Shown: in pieces, positions 57,038 to 64,000 of the stretch
How the letters are laid out: every line of letters begins with the position of its first letter
Numbering within the stretch: the stretch's first letter is position 1
Origin: a virus
DNA: 64,000 nt
UHGV virus genome: UHGV-0027388
Reading direction: 5' to 3' (one strand)
The notes under the pieces: model-generated
Databases searched by the model: none
What the model was told of the DNA's origin: nothing
Seen by the model: the letters and a program-made list of their open reading frames with translations, nothing else
Translations under genes and position numbers: made by a program

Positions 57038-57346
57038 ATGGATCAACCAATTTCTCGCGCCGAACACGAGGAGTTCAAAAGGCGACTCGAAGAGGAAAAC
57101 AGCCGTCAAGATAAGCGTCTATCCCTCCTTGAAGAAAGCATAAGCCAAGTCACGGGCATTGCCGTCAGCGTTGAGAAGTTAGCGCAAAGCGTTCAGGCAA
57201 TGTGCAAGGAGCAAGAAAAGCAAGGTAAGCGGCTTGAACGCCTAGAAAGTCGTGACGGTGAAATGTGGAGAAAAGTCTTGAGCACCGCCATATCCTGCAT
57301 TGTAGGAGCTGCGGTTGGCTACGCATTATCAAAAATAGGGATTTGA
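57038..57346 (+). CDS. xhlA: XhlA-like protein (coiled coil with C-terminal TM helix)
   Basis: 102 aa. Charged coiled coil followed by VLSTAISCIVGAAVGYALSKIGI. Confidence 0.55.
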   Translation: MDQPISRAEHEEFKRRLEEENSRQDKRLSLLEESISQVTGIAVSVEKLAQSVQAMCKEQEKQGKRLERLESRDGEMWRKVLSTAISCIVGAAVGYALSKIGI

Positions 57347-57359
57347 GAGGTGCTACCAA

Positions 57360-57530
57360 ATGCTCTGCCAAAACGTAGTGAAGAAATACTGGCTTGCCCT
57401 GATTCACCAAGCCGAAACAGAAAGCACAATCAGAATCTACGCAGAAACGGAAGCCGCCGCTAGGCTCATAGCACAAAAATACGGCGATGTTCTTTCACTT
57501 TCTGAAATTGATTGCGAGGATGTGATTTAA
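57360..57530 (+). CDS. hypothetical small protein (56 aa)
   Basis: GAGAGGTG RBS. Below the ORF-table cutoff. Confidence 0.3.
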   Translation: MLCQNVVKKYWLALIHQAETESTIRIYAETEAAARLIAQKYGDVLSLSEIDCEDVI

Positions 57531-57531
57531 T

Positions 57532-58317
57532 GTGGCGACAAAAGACGACCTGACCTCGATTGCAGAGTATGTATGGCGCTACATATCCCCCAAAATAGAG
57601 GAGCGCCTCGCTCATAACGTTCAGTGGTACAGAGCGAAGGTTACTCAGGCCGCGAAAGATGATAGAATATCAATCCAACGGCCATTTGACGAGACGGAGC
57701 AATCCATTCCTTACCTTTCCTCTATGGCGTCCGCGAACGCCGGGGACGAAGTAACGGTGTTCGTATTCGGTGGGACTTCCGGCGGCAATAACAACAACAG
57801 TGTAATTGTCAACAATGGTTCTTTTAACTATTTTGCACAGGATTTTGTGTCAGAATCTGGCACATCTGGAGGATGGGAGTACATTAAGTATGCCTCCGGC
57901 CTTGCTATGATGTGGTGCAACGTGACAGCGGAATATTCCACCGCATCCGTACTGGAAAAGTGGGTGAGTTACCCGTTCACCCTGCAAGCGGGCGTAGCGG
58001 CCTTCGGAACGCTGGAGGGTGTCGGGAGCAATTCCGGTGCGGCGCTTGGATGGAACGTCAAGATTGTCCCGCAGGGCGATAACAAAAATGCCCGCGTCTT
58101 TGTGCATGACCCGTCCGGCAGTTTCGGAGGCGCAGATGCACTTACCGTGTCCGTGCTGGTACTTGGACGATACGAGCAAGCAAATCAAGCACAGGTCGTC
58201 GGAACAGCCACCGTCGGTACCATCATTACGGCAGACCAGTTAAACGAGATTGAGGAAAGCAATTACAGCACAGACAGCAAGATTGCCGCTGTAAAGGAGG
58301 TCATGAGTAAACAGTGA
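57532..58317 (+). CDS. hypothetical tail-associated protein (261 aa, GTG start)
   Basis: ORF-table entry. Confidence 0.5.
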   Translation: MATKDDLTSIAEYVWRYISPKIEERLAHNVQWYRAKVTQAAKDDRISIQRPFDETEQSIPYLSSMASANAGDEVTVFVFGGTSGGNNNNSVIVNNGSFNYFAQDFVSESGTSGGWEYIKYASGLAMMWCNVTAEYSTASVLEKWVSYPFTLQAGVAAFGTLEGVGSNSGAALGWNVKIVPQGDNKNARVFVHDPSGSFGGADALTVSVLVLGRYEQANQAQVVGTATVGTIITADQLNEIEESNYSTDSKIAAVKEVMSKQ

Positions 58318-59765
58318 GTTACACGAAGAAAATATGGAAAACCGGAGACGTGATAACTGCGGAAGCGCTGAATAATCTAGAAGAGGGCGCAAGTGCAAAT
58401 GCCTCCGCCATTGCGGAGATCGAAAAAGAACTACCCTCTTATGTCGGCGCAGATGTACCGCGCAAGGCGGCGGAAACCATCACGCCCGGCACGGAAAATC
58501 AGACGATCGCCGCGAAGCAGTATCTCACTGGCGCTCAGACTATCGAAGGTGACGGAAACTTGAGCGCCGGAAACATCAAGAAGGGTGTGTCCATCTTCGG
58601 GGTATCTGGAACATTGGAAACTGGAAGCGCGGGGACTGACACCAGCGACGCGACAGCCACGGCAGGAGACATTTTGTACGGAGAGACAGCTTACGTCAAG
58701 GGCGAGAAGGTGACGGGTACCATAAAGAGCGTGAGTGCCGCAACAATTACGCCGGGAACCGAAAACCAAACTATCGCGTCCGGGCAATACCTTGCAGGCG
58801 CGCAGACAATTATGGGGGATAGTAGCCTTATCCCAGAGAACATTAAGAAAGGCATATCTATCTTTGGCGTAGGCGGAACCGCAGAAATGGACACCAGTGA
58901 TGCAACAGCAGAAGCGGGTGACATCCTAAGCGGGAAAACAGCCTATATCGCAAGCGGCAAGGTAACGGGAACTCTGAGAACCTCCACTCGTTTGATATAC
59001 GTTAGCGGCAACAGTGGTAGCGGCGATGCCTCGGTATCGGAAACAAGCTACAAGCCGATGGTCGGCAGCTCGTACAAAAAAATCATTGTCAAGGCTCCGT
59101 CCGTAACATCCACCAGCGGTAAAACTGTCGTAGATGCATCAAATGTCGAGATTGAAATAGAGGTTGGCTGCTCCGACTTTGGAAATGCCGTTGCCGCGAA
59201 CGTACTGTCCGGAAAGACATTTACCGCCTCTCCCGGATTGAAGGTTGCGGGGACAATGGCATCTAAGGAAGCTGAAACCATTACTCCCGGAGTAGATGAC
59301 CAGACCATAGCCGCGAACCAGTACCTCGCCGGAGCGCAGACCATCAAGGGCGACAGTAACCTTGTGGCGGCGAATATCAAGTCCGGCGTATCTATTTTTG
59401 GCGTAATTGGAACGTTGGAGGCAGGAAGCACAGGTAAAACTGTAAAAACTGGCAGCTTTACCGGGACTGCATCTGAGGTCGCAATCGAGACAGGCTTATC
59501 AAGTATCTCAGCGTTTATGGTTTACGACACAGCAAACAGGCTACATGCTGCGGGGCTTGTATGTGCATTTGTTGACGTAGCGGGCGGTATAACTGGACGC
59601 GGAATCGGGTGCTCGTCCTACTCATCATACATTCAAAATTTTGATATAAGTGACACGAATGTTTTGAATGTAGCCGGAGGTACTATCACAGTGCTTTCAA
59701 CTTCGACTGCCTATAAGCCGATCTCAAATGCAACCTATAAGTGGCTTGCAGTCGGAGAGGAATGA
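58314..59765 (+). CDS. tail fibre protein with three about 48-aa internal repeats
   Basis: Repeat unit TITPGTENQTIA..QYL.GAQTI.GD.NL...NIKKGVSIFGV.GT occurs three times. Confidence 0.6.
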   Translation: MSYTKKIWKTGDVITAEALNNLEEGASANASAIAEIEKELPSYVGADVPRKAAETITPGTENQTIAAKQYLTGAQTIEGDGNLSAGNIKKGVSIFGVSGTLETGSAGTDTSDATATAGDILYGETAYVKGEKVTGTIKSVSAATITPGTENQTIASGQYLAGAQTIMGDSSLIPENIKKGISIFGVGGTAEMDTSDATAEAGDILSGKTAYIASGKVTGTLRTSTRLIYVSGNSGSGDASVSETSYKPMVGSSYKKIIVKAPSVTSTSGKTVVDASNVEIEIEVGCSDFGNAVAANVLSGKTFTASPGLKVAGTMASKEAETITPGVDDQTIAANQYLAGAQTIKGDSNLVAANIKSGVSIFGVIGTLEAGSTGKTVKTGSFTGTASEVAIETGLSSISAFMVYDTANRLHAAGLVCAFVDVAGGITGRGIGCSSYSSYIQNFDISDTNVLNVAGGTITVLSTSTAYKPISNATYKWLAVGEE

Positions 59766-59825
59766 GCCGCCTAAAACGTTATAAAAGAATCCGTAATAAG
59801 ACAACGATTCAGTCAGGAGGTCAAT

Positions 59826-61745
59826 ATGGCGAAGATAAGCGAATACCCTAAATCGACATCGTTTACAGCTAACGATGTGCTACTCAAAGATGGATCTGGC
59901 GGGACCAGAATTATAACTTGGGAGGATGCAGCGGCACAATTCGGGCGTCAAATCGGTGTGCCAGCTATACAGACCGACATTGCTACGTTAAAAACCGAAG
60001 CCTCTGACACCGCATCAGATGTTGCCGCGCTGGAGGAATCAGTATCAGCGGCGAAAGATGACATTGCCGCCCTGCAATCAACCACGAAAACACAAGGAAC
60101 TCAAATCTCCTCACTTGAAGCTAAAGACTTAGAGCAGGATGAGAAAATCGGAGAAAATGCCGATGGAATCGCACAGGCAGATAAGGAAATCGAAGCCATA
60201 AAGAAATCTGTCTCCGATCTGTCGCAAAAGATAGATGACACGGCCCTTGACGTCCTGTTCCGCTTTCCCCGGACCGGCAAAATCTACACAGTTAAAATCC
60301 CAAAATTCTCCGCCAACCAGACTACGGTCTGCGAAAAGCTGGACGACAACGCCGGTCTGGTCTGTGAACCCTCCACAGACAGCGTAGAGGGACAGGACGA
60401 TTATGCGGACATACCGTTGTTTAGGTGGTATAACTGCAATTATGTTAGAGACCAATACGGCCACGCCGCGCCGACGGCAATTGAGGGACTGAGCGAGGAT
60501 TACGTCACCAGCGGTAATGTGGATGTGGGTGTCATTCAGATGGCCCCGTACATCAAGTGGGACAACAGCAACGAGGCCTACACTATCCTGTCTATCACAG
60601 ACTCCCCAAAGGATGGCTACACGCTCTGGAGCACCGCTCGGAGCAATGGTGTACACTATCCCTATGTGATACATTCCAAATATTTCAGCGGAGGCGCCTC
60701 GGACGGATTGCTGCGCTCCTTGCCCGGCCTAGCCCCGGCGCGGAATCAGTCGCATAACAATATCATTACCAATTATGCAAAAAAGGGAGATGGCTATTTC
60801 GGAGCAGGAGAAGATCGCAACACTTGGCAGATCGTGTTTACGCTCATCAAGTATGCCACAAAATCCAGTCAAGCCAAATTTGCCGGGTGTACTGCATATA
60901 ACTATCAATATCCCGCCAGCATCCAAAGAACCGAAAAGCTGACCTATTTCCCGCTGACCAAAGCGCAAGCTACAAATCTCGTTATTGGTTCCGGCGTGTC
61001 TGTTGGCTACGGAGCTAAATCAAACGATAATACTACGGTAAATACCGATAGAGGAGTATCGACGATGCACGCATACGCGGACAATGCGATAATCCTAAAA
61101 ATTGAGGATTTGGATGAAGAAAACTCGGCAGTCTATTTGGACATTACTGACGGCTTTGATACTATGCCAGTTGCGCTATCTGAAACGCTGAGTGCCCCTA
61201 TCACGTTATCCACGATGTTCTGGTATAGCGGGGCGACCGACGCAGTAAAAGCGCACCATGATGGAAGCCCAGGAAGCAATACTGATAGTAAGCGCCCATA
61301 CCGAGTGCAAGGCGTTGAATATGCCGTCGGCGGGTATTTTGCGGCAGCCAACGTAGAGCTTATGTTTCAGGCTGATGGTTCCAGTAAAAGTGTCCTTGTG
61401 GCACCCGCTGGGCAAAAGAATACAAGCGATGAGGCAGCTATTCGCAGCACGCACACCAATGTAGGCACTATTCCCGGCGGAAATCCACCAACTGGAGACT
61501 TTTGGATTGGAGACATCGATATGGACGTGGAAACCTGTGTAACTTGGGCGTCCGCCGAAGGCTCCGGAAGCAACACCGGCGTAGGAGATAATCTTTACGG
61601 CGGAGGCACAAGTGTTGCGGTCAATACTCTGCGAGAGTATCTGCGATGCGGCTACATCATGGTCAGGTCGAATTCCGGTTCCTCGTGTACGCTTTGCTGG
61701 AACGGGCTTGGGAGCTCGGGCTGGCACTTCCTCACCGCCGATTGA
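59826..61745 (+). CDS. tail fibre/receptor-binding protein with an N-terminal coiled coil (639 aa)
   Basis: Heptad-rich N-terminus. Gly-rich C-terminal domain. Confidence 0.6.
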   Translation: MAKISEYPKSTSFTANDVLLKDGSGGTRIITWEDAAAQFGRQIGVPAIQTDIATLKTEASDTASDVAALEESVSAAKDDIAALQSTTKTQGTQISSLEAKDLEQDEKIGENADGIAQADKEIEAIKKSVSDLSQKIDDTALDVLFRFPRTGKIYTVKIPKFSANQTTVCEKLDDNAGLVCEPSTDSVEGQDDYADIPLFRWYNCNYVRDQYGHAAPTAIEGLSEDYVTSGNVDVGVIQMAPYIKWDNSNEAYTILSITDSPKDGYTLWSTARSNGVHYPYVIHSKYFSGGASDGLLRSLPGLAPARNQSHNNIITNYAKKGDGYFGAGEDRNTWQIVFTLIKYATKSSQAKFAGCTAYNYQYPASIQRTEKLTYFPLTKAQATNLVIGSGVSVGYGAKSNDNTTVNTDRGVSTMHAYADNAIILKIEDLDEENSAVYLDITDGFDTMPVALSETLSAPITLSTMFWYSGATDAVKAHHDGSPGSNTDSKRPYRVQGVEYAVGGYFAAANVELMFQADGSSKSVLVAPAGQKNTSDEAAIRSTHTNVGTIPGGNPPTGDFWIGDIDMDVETCVTWASAEGSGSNTGVGDNLYGGGTSVAVNTLREYLRCGYIMVRSNSGSSCTLCWNGLGSSGWHFLTAD

Positions 61746-61917
61746 CCCTCCCACGGAGTGAATCCCGCGAAGCGGGAGAGGGACTTCCCCCTTGAGGGTC
61801 GGCGGCAGGCGCAGAAATGCGCCAGTTATGCCGGTATAAAAAACACCAGCTCTATCAAGCTGGCAAAGAAATACAAAATATACAGGACAATCAAGTTATC
61901 AAAAGGAGTGATAGCCC

Positions 61918-62220
61918 ATGAAAGCAATCTTCGATACACCGCAGCTCCCTGTCAAGGTAATCGAGGATGGTAACAAGGTATATGCCTTTATCGCCGTCAA
62001 CGGAGAATGGACGGAACATAAGTACAGCGACGAGCAGCCCACGCAGAAGGTGTGGGAGTGCGACTACCGCGAGATCGTGACCACACGCGGCAAAATTGAC
62101 CTAGACGCACTAAAGGCAAGCCCGGAGAACTATTTGGACTGGGTGGAACCAGAGGCGGATGACCCGCTGACCGACATCCAGCTTGCATTGGCAGAGCTGT
62201 ACGAAATGATTGGAGGCTGA
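61918..62220 (+). CDS. XkdW-like phage protein (100 aa)
   Basis: Matches in size and position (before an XkdX-like gene, holin and lysin). Confidence 0.45.
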   Translation: MKAIFDTPQLPVKVIEDGNKVYAFIAVNGEWTEHKYSDEQPTQKVWECDYREIVTTRGKIDLDALKASPENYLDWVEPEADDPLTDIQLALAELYEMIGG

Positions 62221-62224
62221 TGAT

Positions 62225-62335
62225 ATGGCAAAAATCTACGCCGAACTGGTGCGCAAGGGTTTGCGCACGCTGGACTCTGTACCCGCAAAGCTCCGGGCGC
62301 AGGTCGAAAAAATCCTAAAGGAGGAAACCGCATGA
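62225..62335 (+). CDS. XkdX-like small protein (36 aa)
   Basis: MAKIYAELVRKGLRTLDSVPAKLRAQVEKILKEETA. ATGA overlap with the next gene. Below the ORF-table cutoff. Confidence 0.35.
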   Translation: MAKIYAELVRKGLRTLDSVPAKLRAQVEKILKEETA

Positions 62336-62553
62336 AAAAGCTGAAATACCTTATCGCCACCGCCGCCCTTGCGGCCTGTCTGATCGGAAGCGCATCCGCC
62401 GTCACACCGCCATACAAGCCGCCAAAGCTGCCTGATATGTCCGACGTCAAAATTGAGGTCAGCGTCCCCAAGTTGAAGTTTTCTCCCGGCTATTTTGATT
62501 ATCTGTTTAAGAATATCAAAATTCCGGTGGACAAGCTACCCAAAACCAAGTAA
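62332..62553 (+). CDS. secreted protein or lipoprotein (signal peptide, 73 aa)
   Basis: MKKLKYLIATAALAACLIGSASA. Confidence 0.5.
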   Translation: MKKLKYLIATAALAACLIGSASAVTPPYKPPKLPDMSDVKIEVSVPKLKFSPGYFDYLFKNIKIPVDKLPKTK

Positions 62554-62604
62554 ATATGGAAATTTAAGCGAAAAACATTACAAGTAAAGAGGGGAATTTA
62601 GACT

Positions 62605-62868
62605 ATGAATATTAACTGGAAACTAAGATTTCAAAATAAGACTACTCTGACCGCAATCGTTCTGGCCTTTGTGGCGCTGGTGTACCAGGTTCTTTCCCTT
62701 ATCGGCATTGTTCCGCCCGTGAGCGAAAGCCAAATCGTTGAAGTTGTCGGCATGGTCATCAATCTTCTGTGCCTCCTGGGCATAGTGGTTGACCCGACCA
62801 CAAGCGGAATCACAGACAGTCAACAAGCCCTCACTTACGAAAAGCCAAAGGAGGCTGACAATAAATGA
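62605..62868 (+). CDS. holin (SPP1/Bacillus-phage type, two TM segments)
   Basis: MNINWKLRFQNKTTLTAIVLAF... and a second TM segment. Immediately upstream of the endolysin. Confidence 0.75.
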   Translation: MNINWKLRFQNKTTLTAIVLAFVALVYQVLSLIGIVPPVSESQIVEVVGMVINLLCLLGIVVDPTTSGITDSQQALTYEKPKEADNK

Positions 62869-63773
62869 TTGTCAACGTACATGGCGGCCACAACCGCATT
62901 GTCCCCGGTGCGTCCGGGTATCTGGATGAGGTGACCGAGGACAGAGCCGTCACCGCGCAGGTCATCGCCAAGCTCCGGGCGCTGGGGCACACCGTCTTTG
63001 ACTGCACCGACGACTCCGGCCGCACGCAGGGTCAGAACCTGGCCAACATCGTCCACGCATGCAATGCCCATGCGGCTGATCTGGATGTGAGCATCCACCT
63101 GAATTCCGGCGGCGGAACCGGAACCGAGGTTCTGGTGTATTCTGACACCGGCTCTGCGGCGGGCTATGCCGTCAAAATCTGCGCGGCCATCTCCGAGCTT
63201 GGCTATCGCAACCGCGGTGTGAAGGAGCGCAAGAACCTCTATGTGCTCCGCCGCACCACCGCCCCCGCGCTTCTGGTGGAGTGTTGCTTTGTAGATAGCG
63301 CAGAAGATAAGGCGCTGTACGATGCGGACAAGATGGCTTCTGCTATTGTCGCTGGCATTACCGGCCAATCCGCGGCAGATACGGACAATTCCACTGAAAC
63401 TACAACTCAGGCCGCGCCTGTTGAGCCACAGTCAGGCAAACTGACCGTGGATGGAGAGATCGGTGCAGAAACAATTAAGGCATTCCAGCGGCTTTTGGGG
63501 ACTCCTGTTGACGGCTACATTTCCGGCCAGTCCGTTTACCGCAAAAAATATTGGCCCGCGATTTGCGACTCTGCTTGCGGCTGGACTGGTGGCAAGTCTC
63601 AGTTTGTGGCCGCAATGCAATCTGCGGTAGGTGCATCTGTTGACGGTTCGCTGGGAAAAGGCACGGCAAGAACGTTGCAGTCTTTTTTGCGAAGCGAGGG
63701 ATTCTCCTGCTCCGTTGATGGCATATTCGGCACAGAATCCGCAGAGGCGCTCCAACGCTGGCTTAACTCCTAA
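62865..63773 (+). CDS. N-acetylmuramoyl-L-alanine amidase endolysin (Amidase_3) with C-terminal peptidoglycan-binding repeats
   Basis: N-terminal MIVNVHGGHNRIVPGASGY...SIHLNSGGGTGTEVLVY. C-terminal repeated GxxTxxAxQxxLGxxVDGxxG motifs. Confidence 0.85.
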   Translation: MIVNVHGGHNRIVPGASGYLDEVTEDRAVTAQVIAKLRALGHTVFDCTDDSGRTQGQNLANIVHACNAHAADLDVSIHLNSGGGTGTEVLVYSDTGSAAGYAVKICAAISELGYRNRGVKERKNLYVLRRTTAPALLVECCFVDSAEDKALYDADKMASAIVAGITGQSAADTDNSTETTTQAAPVEPQSGKLTVDGEIGAETIKAFQRLLGTPVDGYISGQSVYRKKYWPAICDSACGWTGGKSQFVAAMQSAVGASVDGSLGKGTARTLQSFLRSEGFSCSVDGIFGTESAEALQRWLNS

Positions 63774-63778
63774 TCAAA

Positions 63779-63812
63779 GAGAAAGACCGCCCATCTGGGC
63801 GGTCTTTCTCTC
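63779..63812. terminator. bidirectional hairpin terminator after the endolysin
   Basis: agaaagaccgccca-tctg-ggcggtctttct. Confidence 0.55.
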
Positions 63813-63814
63813 TC

Positions 63815-64000
63815 TCAAGAGTGGGCTTCCGTGGCTTCCTTCATGCTTGCGTCAGATGCACAGTCGTTGTTCTCAGCCAGCTTCGCCGTCTCATCCTGAA
63901 TGAACCCGAATGCCCAGCTGAAATAAGCTCCCATAACGTCCGTGTCACTGGCGAACTCCGAAACTTCCGACTTGTCGCATCTGCTATCGCACATCAGTTC
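63815..64000 (-). CDS. small acidic protein, family copy D (3' part; the gene starts beyond the window end)
   Basis: The reverse-strand translation ends ...DVMGAYFSWAFGFIQDETAKLAENNDCASDASMKEATEAHS*. About 75% DNA identity to copy B across the motif region. Confidence 0.6.
   Translation of the reverse strand, partial: ELMCDSRCDKSEVSEFASDTDVMGAYFSWAFGFIQDETAKLAENNDCASDASMKEATEAHS

Overview
This window is dominated by a complete or near-complete siphovirus-like temperate prophage (integrase at 10.9-12.0 kb through holin and amidase endolysin at 62.6-63.8 kb) in a roughly 50% GC Firmicutes/Clostridia-type genome. The first 10 kb are chromosomal or older mobile-element sequence. They contain small minus-strand genes from another element (1-2.3 kb), a compositionally odd region upstream of a cysteine desulfurase gene (2.6-4.6 kb), a candidate sRNA, and an eight-gene minus-strand tRNA operon (5.58-6.78 kb). 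They also contain decayed mobile remnants: a truncated second integrase, a truncated HTH gene, and iteron/arm-like repeats.

The prophage runs in this order:
- integrase
- a type III toxin-antitoxin locus (ToxN/AbiQ-family toxin with an upstream ToxI-like repeat RNA and terminator)
- an unusually elaborate immunity region with three consecutive divergent XRE-HTH gene pairs, two of which are a tandem-duplicated module
- a recombination/replication module (YqaJ exonuclease, an 850-bp purine-rich degenerate-repeat non-coding tract, RecT, SSB, DnaC-like loader, RuvC-like resolvase)
- an anti-restriction set: two Lar-family proteins and a beta-class DNA methyltransferase carrying a G12 homopolymer in its coding sequence (candidate phase variation)
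- dUTPase
- packaging, head and tail genes: terminase large subunit, portal, capsid module, TP901-type tape measure, tail fibres with internal repeats, XkdW/XkdX-like proteins, an XhlA-like protein
- holin and amidase endolysin

The most interesting recurring element is a family of small, very acidic proteins (motif [YF]F.WA[FS].FI.[DK]E). It occurs four times plus one truncated copy, each time paired with a small ribbon-helix-helix (RHH) gene and palindromic operators. I interpret this as a candidate regulator plus anti-defence (Acr/Aca-like or DNA-mimic) module. That is inference only.

No CRISPR array, rRNA or recognisable transposase was seen. The prophage attachment sites could not be located by eye. 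All functional calls come from motif recognition in the translated ORFs, not from database searches.
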